A stretch of 64,000 nucleotides of DNA, taken from Phoronis australis. Its lineage: Eukaryota; Animalia; Phoronida. Made by a program: the position numbers and the translations under genes. Where the stretch lies: contig NMRA01000336.1 of assembly GCA_002633005.1 (NCBI GenBank), positions 205,836 to 269,835 on the forward strand. The letters are read 5' to 3'. The notes beneath the pieces were generated by a model. That model did no database searches, was not told the DNA's origin, and worked only from the letters and a program-made list of their open reading frames with translations. Shown here piece after piece: positions 22,776 to 36,415 of the stretch; position 1 is the first letter of the stretch; the number at the start of each line of letters is the position of its first letter.

Positions 22776-25700
22776 GAATCATTAAAAAATATGTGACAAT
22801 ACAATGTGCAAAGGAATAAACGTCACAATAATATGCAAAGAAACTCACAGATCATTCCACAGTGTTGCCAGATGAATGTCTAGTCCCTGAACCTTAATTA
22901 CACACTGTTTCATGAAAAAGGCACATGACCTTTTCACATACTCACAATGGCAATTTATGGAGGATAAGCTTACAATCCATTTCAAGAGAATGGAGCAGTG
23001 TGAATATCAGGTATTATTCTCCACAGCACCAGTTAGGAGACGAACAATAAATTATGACAAGAAGGGGGAAATAAATCAACAACAGTCACCTTGTAAACCA
23101 AGCTTGGTTTCAGAATCAGCCATGCGATGCGATGCAAGTATGATCCAAATAGCCTCCTGATAAGGTCTCAGAACGCTCAGCCACCGAGCAAGCAAAAAAT
23201 TGTCCTTTTTGTAGTAGCACCTGGTGAAATTGGCCAGGATTTGGTTTCAATGAGACTTCTGTTGCCACTGACCAAGACACCTTCCTTTCACACAATGACC
23301 CTATGAAAGAGAATATTAGATATTGACATTGATTTGTGAGGCTCTTAACGGGCATCAAGCATCATTGCAGCACATTAAATAAGACACTATACTACCAGCA
23401 TGAAAATCAATGGTAAGTTTTGCAGTGGCATATGGCTGAAATGGCTGCATGGTAAAATAACACAATGAGAATGTTTGCAAAACTTAACACATTCAGTCAA
23501 CACACTTATCAGCCAAACTCCAATGATTATGTTGAATGAATTAACATTATTTAACATTTGTGGTAAACATTGTTTCACAAGTAAGAAAACTTGTCCTTTG
23601 TAGTGTACAGTCCTGTCCACACACAGCCTACTCAAAAACAACTTGCGCTAGTGCCGCAACTTCACCCCACTTTTGAGTGGAGCAGCCACACTCACACACT
23701 TATATACCATAACTGAGGTAATGCATAAGTTGTCGCTCTGTGCGTGATAATAAACAGCTGATGTGAATACAAGGCGCAAAAGAAGGACTTAAAGTGCCGC
23801 AAGTTATCTTAGAGCAAGTTACCCCACCTCGAAAAGGTGGAGTAAGTTGTCCCAAGTAGGGCATGTCACACTAGTTAAAAAAAACATCCACACAGCCACT
23901 AAACCTGACAAACATTCCAGAAGTAACTTGTTCTTGGGTAAGTCTGTGAAGCCCGCTGACCATTTACTGTCCACCATAGGCTTATCGTTATGTGCAAATT
24001 ATGGCCCATGCAACTTTTCACTTTTAAATTTTCAAAATAGTTAATTAGTTAAATTGAATTCATGGCAAGGTCCACCTTTTTGTAATGGACAGTATCACTC
24101 ACACAACATTTAATTACCTCCTCCTAGGGTTTACTAAAGCACAGTACAGGAAAAAGTAATCAGACAAAATACCATTTCCCAGTCATTATGGCTTATTATG
24201 TTTACAGCAAAAAGGACAGGTTATGACCACTAAAGTGGCAAAATTCTAATTAAAGAACACCTTTCCTATTAAGATCCCTTCATTCTCAGTCATGAGGGAA
24301 GGGTATTCTGATGATTAATTCAGCTTTCGCCCAGCCATCATGACAGGAATTCAGCACCATTTTGTCTGAATATTTTTGTTATGGACTGTATGTCACATAC
24401 TGGCAGTTCCTGATTGCCGATAATTTTTTAGGTCTTAATACACGCATTTAGCAAAATATAACAAATGTATTTAAGGAAATGTCAAGAACTTGAAAACTGA
24501 AAAGCACTGCTGCATACCTTATTTGGAAATAATTAAGAAAATGGATTTAATTGTCAGCCATAGTGAGTACTGCAAAACAGAAAATTTCGTGGTGCTTTAT
24601 TTGGACATCAGTTGGTTTTCAATTAATTTTAATCGATGACCATAGCACTCAATTCCCTCAAGTTCATATTTGTTTAGGAATCAAAGTTTGTAAAACATCC
24701 TAATTAGAAATTATACAGTTGCCCTAGGACGAAATCAGACAGACCAGGTATACACACGATTGTTAGCCTCCTCGTTGCAGTTACCATCTTATATATAAGA
24801 CCAGAAAAAAATGCATTTCCCAGTGGATTCAAAGCTTCAGTGTTGCCGAAGCTTCGGTCAATGGGAAAACAGCGCAAGTTAACTCTGAAGTAAAGAGATC
24901 GACTTAACAGGGAAGCGTTGAGCAACATTTCGCTACAATGGAAACACTTAACTTCAATGCTGTCGGAGTTATCGGCAAGGGTCAATGACTGCGTTTGGCA
25001 ACAGCAGGCAGTGACTGCTTACTATTTGTTAATATTTTGGTCTAGTAATTATTATTCTGGCAGTATAAGCATTCTGTTTCAATTTACCCAATGTATTTGC
25101 TGGAGTCTTTTTTACATTAAACAAAACCACTGAATGTGTAGTGTACGTATACCACGGAATGACGCCATTGTTTGGATCAGCTGTCAGTATGGTCAAGAGT
25201 CAATTTTTTTAATATCAATTTCTTGTACATCATCATAGTCCCAATGTGGCAACCATCGGCTGCCTTGTGAAGTTGACGTTCTAGTTTCCACTTGAGAAGA
25301 GGGAGAGGTCCTTGCCATTTTAGATGGCAAGCAGTCAAAAGCACCAAGGCATATGACTGCCACAAATATTAGCGCCGCCTTGTGATAATTTCCCTGAACA
25401 GTAACTCCAAAGCTGATGGGAACACTAACCCTTAACTTTGCGGTTAACAATATTTAACATCGAAGCTTTGCTGGTAACAAAAGGGTGAACTGTGTGGGAA
25501 AGGGCTCCAGACAAAGTTGGATCTGGTCTTCACCCCCCTCACATTTTGAGATCTGTGCTATCTTACTACAATTAATGCTGACCTGCATCAATATCAGCCC
25601 ATGACTCTTGTGTTTTCTGTCATAAAACCTGCTCAAAGACACATTCAACAAGGTTAAGCAACACTGAAATTCAAGGATTTGCCAAGTGATGAATAAAAAC

Positions 25701-27395
25701 ATAAAAATGCCAATCATTTTGCTCGTCCCAGGTTGATTATTCTTCTTGAAAAAGTGATTAACTAAAAACATACTGCACCACCAACTCGATTTTCAAACAA
25801 CACATACCCGCCCCAGCTACGGTGTTCTGGAATAAAATACTTAATATGTAAATGAAGTCATTTCAGCAAATCCTTGCCGTATTGTACTGGGTATCAATAC
25901 AGAAATAAAGTATTTTAAGGAAAGTGGGGAAAGTATAGAGTGAATACACAACATTGTAGAATTCTTTCTCAAAATGAAAACAGACACGGTCACATTGTCT
26001 AACTTCGAAGCCTTAGTTTTCTTACTTCACAATTAAAAGACATTTGTTTTGGGATGATCCTATTGGCCTATGGATCATTTGAGGCTGTGGACCAAACAAT
26101 CTAGAAAGATACATGCTGGATTAGAACTACAATGAACAAAGCACCTTTGTCAGTTCATCAGTTAATAGTATATGGCATAAATTAACTGCTTTGCTGTTGC
26201 TGAATATTGCAATATTGAAAACACCTATTAACTGCAGGATAATTCAATGTACTCTTTATTGCTCATAAAACAATTCCAAGTCATTCATATTACGACTTTG
26301 AATATGGTATTGATTTAATACTGTTCAGAGAACTGAGCTGATAACAAAGAAAACTCGTCAAACAAAGGAACAAAGATGCTTCTGGTCTATACAGATTAAT
26401 CCAAGTTCAATGGTAATCACGGTTTTTTTCTGAATTTTTTTGGCCAAGTCTGACATTGGCTTAGTTTCTTTTAGCCTTTGCTTGTTTATTTGTAGCTGGA
26501 CACAAGTCAAACTTGTCATTCCATTTATATGTCAACATGTTCATAACTCATTAATTACTATTTCCCAACAAGCATTTGGTGGGTAATTGTTGTGGGTTGA
26601 AAAGCAGATGGAACAGCTGGCACTTGACATTGCACCTTTTAGCGAACAATCCTGAGACTTTACACACTCAGGTCTCATCATAGCTGATGTCTACGTAAAT
26701 CACTGCCATCGGCAATATTGCCCCCCCCCCCCCCCNGTTCATTACTGAAGTAAGAAGTGATTTTTGAGTTTGCAAAGCAGTGACAGTTCATTATTCCTCA
26801 AGACCATGCTCGGAGGGGGGGGGGGCATAAACTAACAGTGACAAGCCACAGAGCCTGGTCTAGAACAACACTTCATTTGGCTAAGCCCAAAGATCACCAC
26901 CAATTTGACAAAGAAAATTTTTGAGACCACTTTCATACAAGCAAGGTGTCTAAATCAAAAGTTGTTTTTGTGATGGAAGCTGGGTTTACAGCCATTTTAT
27001 ATAAATGTTGAAAACTTTTCCAGGGAGCTTTTTAATTTACCCTTTAGAGCATTGTATTGATTTGAGCAAGGCTCCCCACTGAATGTTTTCATACACACTG
27101 TGTGATTGACAACAATAATTTATTAAGGACAAATAGAAAGGGGTATAGCTTATTAGGATAAAAGAAATTACCAAAACATTTTAGATTTAGTACCAACATC
27201 TTGTACTTAGACTGAACTGGGATTCAAAGAGAACTGAATAAGTAAACACCCCCAACCCCCCCTCGACTTAAATCATAGATTTGCAATTGCATGTTCCATT
27301 ACAGCAAACCAGATCCTGGTTTAGGTTACGTATAAAACTAATTTTGATCCCTACCTAACAGTTCTACTTCAGTTCCTTTTCAGTCAGCATTTTTA

Positions 27396-30300
27396 TGTGT
27401 CATTCGCCAATACTTCTGTACTTTATTCGTACATATAATTTGGTTTCTTCGCTTCCGGTTGCTGTTCGACGAAATACAGACGTTCATGAAAGCCTATTCA
27501 TCTTGACTGGAGAGTGTGGGCAGACCTTGCCAGTCACCAGTCATTCTTCCCTCAACACATTGTCCAGACGACCCAGCGCCCTCGGACTTGGATATTTACT
27601 CGGACAGTTCCCACCAGGTCATCCTGATTGAGCTCACAATCCCGTGGGACAGTAGGGTGGAAGAGGCACACGAGCGAAAGAACTTGAAGTATGCAGACCT
27701 TAGGAATGACTGTCATGTTAACGGCTGGAGATGTTGGAGTTTTTTTGAAGAGAGTAAATTTTTATGGGGATATACTTCGCCCCTGTATGCCTGCGGCATT
27801 CAGGCCTAGACCGGGTTGAGTTCCAATTTCAGTCCGTTCACAGCTTTGCACAACATAACAAGTTCATATTTCGTTCGTCCATTCACAGTTATTCCATGAT
27901 CTATCTACCATCTCTTAAGTTGTGTTAACATTTTAAGCGTAAAATTCACCATAAGAACTCCAGTAAGATTTAGCGTGTGTAGCAGACTCGGGGCAAAACA
28001 AGAGCAATATGGCCGGTTTTGCCGACCTTCCGGTGACATCACATTGACTAACTTAGAAACACGCAAGTGGGCTACCGAACCATGCCCAATTATAGCACCA
28101 AAGCCATCGTATTTGACTAAATGTGAAACTATTAAAAGTTTTGATAATTGGAAGAACAATATAACTTATTTCTTGTCACTCGACCCCAATTTTGTGGATT
28201 ATACTTGGCAAAAAGCCAGAGTCCCTTTGAAGAGTTTAGTTGACGATACAGACGCTATACCTGAATCCCGGCGATGCACAGCCGGTCAGAAACTAACCCA
28301 CTTAAAATTCGTGTTAGGCCAACTGACCAATTATTGTCCGGTGATTGCCCGTATTGCTACTTTCAAACAATCTGCCTCACTTGTTGGTATATGGCAAACT
28401 ATCAGAAGTCATTATGGCTTTCAGACATCTGGATGACATTTCATTGGTTTGTCTGATATTCGCCTCCCACCCGAGGAACGCCCAGTAAATCATGTAATTT
28501 ATCGAAGACAATTTGCTCAGCCCGGACAACACCATCCAGCGTCATGGCGAGCTTATCACAGACGTGGAAGAGATGTCTTCGACCTTAGAGAATTTAGCAG
28601 TTCTCACTTGGTTACGCTTGATTCACCCAGGTTTACCTCATCTCGTCCAACAACATGGTCCTGAACTCCACAGTAAGTCACTTGCATCAATCAAACCGGA
28701 AATTTCGCAGGCACTCCAGCGAATTTGCTTGACGAGTTATAAACACTCGAAGATGCAAAGGTGTTGCGGGCTCTCCCTCGCAAGGCAACCTCAGTCCCTC
28801 GCCGAAGCCCAACAAAGCCAAGTCCACTGTGTAAACAGCCTCATCGCTCCCAGTTTGATCACTACTTGTCTCAGTGTCCCTACCTACCCGCTATTTTATG
28901 AAGGCCCGCTTCTCTGAGGTTGATGACCCCAGTCTCTCAGAGTGTCCTGGCGAGATTTGTGAAACCGAGGAGTCCCTAGCGAACCAAGTGCACATTATCC
29001 AGTCACCTTTCATTGACAATGTGTACCACTATCAACTGGTATGGCTTACTCTCGAATGTGGTGCTACAGGAAATATGATAGACGAATCTTGTGTGCGATC
29101 ACTCGGTACACCTATCGTCCCCAACACACATTATGCTTTCCACGCTGATGGTGTCCCCCCACTCGATGTTGTCGGCGAAACCAAGATCACTTTCATGCTT
29201 AATTGATAGTCACAAATTGGTTTTCGAGGGCCTGGTCATTAAGACACTTGATGTAGACGTCCTTGCTGCTACTACATTTATGGTGAGAAACAATACCTCA
29301 GTGCACCCAGCTAAGAAAGAGGGGATGTCGATGTTTATCGCTGTGATCACTCTACGTCTTTGAAAAAGACAGCCACTTGTCCGAGACCACATGTTCTGCA
29401 TTCCCCTCCTTCAGCCACTGTGGTATGGCCAGGAGACAGCCTCAACCTTGAAGTCCCTGCTGAATTACTTGGACATAACCAGGAGATACCGATTAACCCC
29501 ATACAGATTCCCCAAGTGCCCAATGTTGCCACCCTAGTGACTTGTGGCCCAATTACCGCAAATCATTACTGCTAACCAGGCAATGTACACCTACTAAATG
29601 ACACAAATGAACCCCGGTTCTTACGCAAGGATGAACACTTTTGTCAGGTTCACCATGTATTCACACCTGTACCAACAATGGTAGCACCCTCCCAAACATC
29701 CTCACCAACTACGCAACATAGGCATTTTCGCTTTGCTTCAGTCAATCCCGATGGAGTTTTACCGGATATGTCACCCAGAAGGTTTTCGAACGCCTACACG
29801 ATTCATTTGCTACAATCTTCACCCCAAATTTTACTGCTTTCAATGGGTCCGCGCTCGTCGATTTGAAGCCTCTGTTAACATGGGTTCCACTCAGCCACCC
29901 CAACGCAAGGGTCATCTACCCATGAACTTACGGACAAAGCTCCACAACCTCCAACAGAAGTTTCACGACCTTGAGGTACTCCATGTCTTTCTTCCTCTCG
30001 AAGATGTGAAGGTCCAAGTTGAGTATCTCGACCCATCCTTCCTGGTCAAAAAGCCCAGCATTGGATTTCGACTCATGACAGCTTTTGCGGATGTTGGAAG
30101 TTATGCCAAACCTCAACCATTACTCATGCCAGATGTAGATTCAGTCCAACGCAAAATTGACCGGTGGTGATTAAATCGCCAAGACGGACCTCACGAGTGC
30201 CTTTTATCAAATTCCCCTCTCGCGAATCTGTGGCATGGTAACCCCATTCCACATGGCATCCGTTTCTATGCCAGCTGTGCTATGGGGATGCCGGGTTCAG

Positions 30301-30680
30301 AAACAGCATTAGAAGAGCTTACCTGCTGTGTTCTTGGTGATCTTCTCGAACAAGGCATCGTAACCAAGTTGGCCGACAACTGTGGTGGGCAGACCCCAAC
30401 TGAACTACTTATTACCAATTGGGAACTGGTACTTTCTGCCCTTGCTACGTCTGGTCTACATTTGCCACCTACCAAAACGGTCATTCCCCTCAAGCGCGCA
30501 ACTATCCTGGGTTGGATATAGGAAGGTGGCACCCTTCAGGCTAGCAGTCATCACATCACTTCGCTTGCTTCGTGCAACAAGCCTACAACCGTGTGTTAGA
30601 TGCATTCTGGTGGCTGTTCGATGAAATACAGACGTTCATGTAAGCCTAGTCGTCTTTTATTATTACTGGCGATTCACACA
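27396..30680 (+). mobile_element. Degenerate, internally deleted Ty3/Gypsy LTR retrotransposon (gag, protease, RT remnants; partial LTRs)
   Basis: Termini TGTGTCATTCGCCA ... TGGCGATTCACACA. Shared LTR segment GCTGTTCGA.GAAATACAGACGTTCATG at 27461 and 30613. gag-like ETIKSFDNWKNNITYFLSLDPNF, protease-like LECGATGNMI, RT-like [37 protein letters not shown]. Many stops and frameshifts. Confidence 0.88.
27560..27745 (+). mobile_element. Fragment of an RLE-type (HERO/R2-superfamily) non-LTR retrotransposon endonuclease domain
   Basis: DLDIYSDSSHQVILIELTIPWDSRVEEAHERKNLKYADLRNDCHVNGWRC matches the PD..IELTVPWE....AHERK..KY..L pattern of restriction-like endonucleases. Confidence 0.8.
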
Positions 30681-33600
30681 GCACTGTTGGCCCATTGAAG
30701 CAAACTGACACAGCACCATCTATGAACATGAACAGAATTTGACATGGTGCAACATGACATTGTGGAGTCAATTTTATCATCAATTTTTGAGATGGCACAT
30801 AAGTTGAGCCCAATCATCTTGTACCATGTCAACATCAAATCTGTCGCAAACTTGTACGTGGTAGATCAGATCAACGTATTGTCAGGTCATCATAGCCTTG
30901 AACTCTAGGCTTCAGACTCAACTCTCAGATGAGTTTCTGTTGAACATTACCATGAAAATGATCAGGAAAAATTATGGGTGCCAGTGGAACTAACAGTGTT
31001 GTTTCCTGCCGATTAGAAATTATGACACAAATTTCTACTTCTTCAGCATTGACTTTAATGCAAGAGAACAAGTTCCTCTACCGTTTATGATGGCTCAACT
31101 TTTAAGCTCCCAATGAGTAGAAAAAGACGAGGAATGCAAATGGAATTTGCACAACAAGAGCTTACAAGGTACAAAAAACAGGTGTTTACATACTTACTAT
31201 TCATAGTAACCAGAAAATGGATACCATGCTAGTGCATCAGGTGTACAAGGTATTACCAGCTGCGATTCGTACAATAATCATGCCATGAATTCAAACATTC
31301 TGATAATTCGAACTAGTTAAATTTGGTTCGACTCATGTGTGCATTTTTCTCCAGAGTTTCTCTACCTAGATAAAAATCCATACAATGAAGACTATTTACA
31401 CAAGCAATGGTTCATGTAGTTAACGAAAAAACTACAGTAGGAATGCACTCTCCAACAATAAAGCAGTCTAATTCACTGCACAGCTGGGTACCTAATGATG
31501 CCCAAATAACAGGGAAGTACCACCAGATAACTTGAGAAAAGAGATAGAATTGCATTCCCATGTGAAAATAAGTTGACACAATCCTATGTATTTTAAAAAC
31601 AAATTTTTACTAGGAAATTTTTTCGCATCGTGACACAAATTTTCTGGGATTCTGAGCTACAACGAATTTCGCTGGATTAGTACTGAGGGCATTAATCATG
31701 AACTACATGGTTTGTTGATTCAATTAAAATTCCCATTGATCATTATCTGTTTTATAAACCACTGGTGCTGATGCATGGGTTGTATAGCACTGACTGTGTA
31801 ATGTCAGTGTCTGCCAACAGGGGGGACATAGCTTTAAAGCTACCGGGGTATTCGTGAATTCTTTGGGGATACAAACAATTATGGAATGCTGCGTATTTTT
31901 TCCTAATACATTTCTGGGATTTCAAAATACATGAGAATGGCACTATATGGTTTATTGGCATTCATCCAACAGGGCCCAAAAACTTGAAAATGGCTAAAAA
32001 CTGACTAAGCATACACCGACTCCAGTACCAGTCCTTGAGTTCTTACACACGCTAGAAGCTTTGAACATTGCTTTTCATAAATATTAAAAGCACTGTCAAG
32101 AATTCCTATTTTTATTGTTGTAACTTAATGCACAAAACTTTATGCGAAATATTGTGAAATGAACTAGAAAAGTCACCATAAAACAATGAAATCTGTCCCT
32201 ACGCTTGCTCAAGTACTCCTTACAGAATCAAAATGTCGTCTATTATTTTGTACTTCCAGTGTATTCTTTTTTAAAAACCAGCCTCAGCTTCATTAAGTTA
32301 CATAAGTTCATCATTGGCTGGCCCAACTTGACAGAACAGCCTTTGCAAGTTTTGTAGATATTTTCCCCCAGAACAGGCAAAAGCGAAATAACCCACTAGT
32401 TAATTACTTGGTGACATGAAATTTCACCAAGTAATATGATGTCAGTGTAAAAATGGCCAATTCAGGGCCGATTTGGAAAACTGAATGAAGAACAGTTTGA
32501 TGAAAAAGTTTGATTATTCGGAGTATTTGTTCATGCTGGAAGAAATTAGACATTGACGACCACCTCAGGTAGAAACGTGTCTTTGGTGGTTTAATATGAG
32601 GCATAATCTGCCAAAAAGCACAGGCGTATGAAGGGCCTTTAGATGGCACTGTGAACTCTTAGTCGTGCTGCTCACAACCTATGTCCATGATCATTCCACT
32701 TAAGATGAAATCTTTAACTTTCCTGTTACTTCAATATTTTCTTACTTTTCATTTTCTTAACCTTTCCTAAATCAATAATTAATGGAGATAAAATCATTTT
32801 TCAACTCTAGTTCACAGGCTTCAGAAAAAAAAATAGACCAGCAGTTGGTGATCAGCCTGGTAATGAAGATCAAGTCAAACATGTATGTGGATAATGCAAG
32901 TTTTATAACTGCCTTTACTGTAGCTGCAGAGGAGTTGAATAGAATGGTAACTCAGAATACCAACAATGGCATTTATATGATTTCATGGCTCATCAGACTC
33001 TGTAAACATACAGTAAATAGCCAAGCACTCAATTGAGTGCTATGGCACAGTACATTGAAAGCAAACAAGTTTGGAAGATGAATGGTGCTAAGATTTGCAC
33101 TACCATAGGTACATGTATGGGCTTAGTAGTCAGTACTTACCATGCTAGATGGGCATATCAGTCATACAACACAAGAAATGTCAGTGGAATTCAAGCATGG
33201 CCATTTAATCTGATGGTTACAATCTCAAATGCAGATTTTTATTAGGAAATAAAATCCAACAGGTGCTGTGGTCAAGTTGTACGCAAGTTTATCAGTTAAA
33301 CCATTAAATACACCAGGTGTTATCATTCACTTGTTGAATGCCTGTAGATCTTTGGTGATCACAAAATTTCAGCTTTAGACTACTCAGGTAGTGTCTTAGC
33401 CATTGTTTCACCAAAGTTTTACCTAGCCTGACAAGTAGCTATATACCAGTATTACCCTCTCCACTGGTTAGCTCAACATAACACTTGCCTGACAAATTGT
33501 TCACAATAAGCTGTTTGCAGTATCCCATGACACTGTTTGTTCACACTATGCTACTACTGAAGGACTGCTCACCTTAAGTGCACAGCCAAACATTGCATCA

Positions 33601-33730
33601 TCATCATGATCCGAATGAAACAAACCAGTTAAGTAGGCTGGTGGTTGCCTACACAGCCCTGAAACTACCTATTTTGTATCAAATAAGATCAAATACTTCG
33701 ACTCGATAACAGCAAGTACAGTTTTTTTAC

Positions 33731-33780
33731 CTGACAATTGTGACAGCAGACGGAGGTGTTGAAATTAACCAATGACGTCA
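33731..33780 (-). promoter_or_regulatory. Candidate alternative promoter / non-coding first exon of the tau-like gene (CRE TGACGTCA overlapping CCAAT, donor cag|gtaaaa)
   Basis: aaccaatgacgtca at 33767-33780, about 40 bp upstream of a minus-strand donor at 33730. Region 33.7-34.7 kb is CpG-richer than its flanks. Confidence 0.35.
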
Positions 33781-34840
33781 CAGGTTCCAACGTAGTCTAT
33801 TCAGCAGTTTACAACAAGCTTTCTGGTGTCAGCTTATCACTTGATTTCATAGTTTACACTAATAAATCATCAAAATTCGATGTAAAACCCTTACCAATAA
33901 ATCAAGTTCTTGAACAAACATTTTGTTTTATTTCGCTGTTACGGATTTACAGGTATTTGAACGTACCGTAGCCTGCCTACCTAGTTCAGTAGAGGTGCCG
34001 TAAGTGTACACAGGTAACAGAACATATGGATAATTTCGAAAACCGATTGAATGTCTTGTCATGGTGTCAGTGCGCTGTCTGCACGATAACGAAAACGACT
34101 GACGCTTGTGTTTGCTGCCACGAAATCCGCAAGTGACAAGCCTTCTTGGAGAAGCGCAGATGTGTCTCATGGACCATCCTGATGTTGCACCACATCTAAA
34201 CAGAGATGTGCTTACGACGCTTTTAGGGCTGGGATTAGAACTGGCGAAAATATCCTACTCCTACACCCAGAGGACCAAACAGAAGCCTGACGAACGAGTA
34301 AGTCATCAAATAGGTCATATAAAACGCAATGTTCTCAAGCATTGAATTAATTGTAATTGTTTATGTTTTCATGGCCAACCACAAGTTTCCATAATCAAAA
34401 ACTGATCTGCGTTTCCTTGTCTCCTGCCTGCCGAACACAAACACACTAGGCACAGCATCTGACTTCAGCCTCAGTCTCTTTTTCTGCCCTAGCATGAGCT
34501 GTTTGGTAACTCAGCATTCGTCAGTAAAATTAACGGCGTACTTTTCATTCTTCACTGCCGCGAACCACTTTCGAAGCATTACGAGCTCTCGAGGAAATCG
34601 AAAAAACGATATACCCACCTCCTCGCAGCTTCATAGTTCACACACTGGCAAGCCGGAACGATACACCACCACATAGCGCGGCACTCGCTCTGCAGAACCA
34701 TTGACGTTGTTGCGTGGTTTCTCACCTTCCTCACAGGTTAATGCGACACCTCTCAGCGAGGTAAGATCGACCGTATACCAGGTGATGTGGATATAGACCA
34801 AAGTCTAACACTTTATTTCATTTTTGCCCACAACGCCCGT

Positions 34841-34960
34841 GCATATTTGCATATGATATGGTAGCTATGCCCTTTCATGCCCTAGCATATTTGCATGTAT
34901 GGCAGCTATGCCCCTCCACACCCATACATATTTGCATATATGGTAGCTATGCACCTCCAA
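34841..34960. repeat. Three ~42-bp tandem units, each containing the octamer ATTTGCAT
   Basis: CATATTTGCAT..ATGG.AGCTATGC.C x3; octamers at 34845, 34889 and 34930. Confidence 0.75.
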
Positions 34961-36375
34961 TTAAGGCATACCCATAGTTGTATAGTTATGACAATTCAGA
35001 AACGAAGGAACAAACTATGCTAATCACAAGACCTCATCCATTACCCTGATGTCAAATGCAACAATGAAGTGTCGTGATCATATCCCTGGTGAGAATATTG
35101 GCATTTTCTGCCACCTTTGCCTCATTCCCTACAACACCATCATGTTCAACCCATCAACCAGACAAATAGTGTCTGAACCTTGATGGTTTCTGAGACCAAC
35201 AGATTAACTGAGTTCCAAAATTCCTGACCTCACATCATTTCCACAGTTGTTGACCTATCAAACCAATTCTGCAGGTGTTCAACCTGGTCATCATGTTGTT
35301 GCTGGTCTACCAGTGGTAATCATGGCAACAGATGAGAATCCAAGGCAAATAGGACTATCTAGCTTATTGGCTACCATAATTCTATTAGTGTATGTTAACA
35401 AACCACAGGTACCAAGTCATTACAGGCTAACATGTGGTCACAATATAGCTGCCTTTGAAGTGGTGTGGTGTGAACACATTGGTACAAACACTTCAAAACC
35501 TACTACAAATTACTCTAAACACCACCAAAACAAAGCTTAGCCATGTTCAACTTCTGTACCATGCCACGTTTTCTACCAGAAAATATTCTGAAAAATTATT
35601 TGCATTCACAACAAGAATGTCAGAAGACCTTACAAAGTAAAAAATATAATTTTAGCAATTATTTTTTTCCAAAATAGGTGTGATTTTACTTACCATATTT
35701 AATGACAGATGAACAATACAAACTTATGTTAAAAACAAGCATAAAAATTATACAGCATGAAGTTTACTGGCATAACATTTCAATGTAATGCTAAGGATTG
35801 CCAAGTGGAACAAGACCCTAGCAGCCCAATAAAACAAGAGATGAGACAAACAAATAACAAATAGCGATGACTTCTATCGTATTATCTTACTATTTTACCA
35901 TAATTGGAATTTAGATTAATAATTCCATTTATCTAAGTATAAACTGATAATTATACAACCACTACAGTACATTACACAACTTTCTATCTCGGTAATCATT
36001 CGTGCAAACCAGTGTTCAAGTACTAGATTTTTTCAGGTTTTACTTTTGCAGAGAAATGTGACAAACAGAAATTCTCTTAATAAGCCATGTGAATGTGATG
36101 GATGGTTAACAGACACATCTGAAATTAGAAATTAGTAATTGTGAAAAGTTACCATGTTTATATTTTCACTTCATGTCCAAAACAGTTGAAAACTTAGTTA
36201 TGAAATTATTTGCTGCTCTACATTTTACTGTTTTGATCCAAGTCAAGAAAAGAAGTAAAAACTACGAGAGGAGACTCACTAAATAATTTCATAAGGTTGG
36301 TAGAGAACACATAGATTAATTCTTATTGACACAACCAAGCAAAAACGCTGTACCTTGGTAGTTTCGGCTACTCAC

Positions 36376-36415
36376 CGCAGCCATCTTTGGAAGCTATTGG
36401 ACACTAGGTGGCGAG
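36376..36415 (-). promoter_or_regulatory. Candidate first exon/promoter of the tau-like gene (AAGATGGCTGCG|gtgagt; YY1-like motif; adjacent CTCF-like ACACTAGGTGGCG)
   Basis: Consensus donor GCG|gtgagt at 36375, preceded by CAAAGATGGC. CTCF-like motif at 36401-36413. Confidence 0.45.

Noticed and set aside
23637-23875. Possible MITE with GCAACTT.ACCCCAC arms
   Set aside because: Inverted similarity is too degraded to define ends or a TSD.
25177-25450. Minus-strand ORFs (MARTSPSSQVETRTSTSQG...) as an extra tau-like exon
   Set aside because: No clear acceptor/donor pair, and the ATG exon at 20685 already has an in-frame upstream stop.
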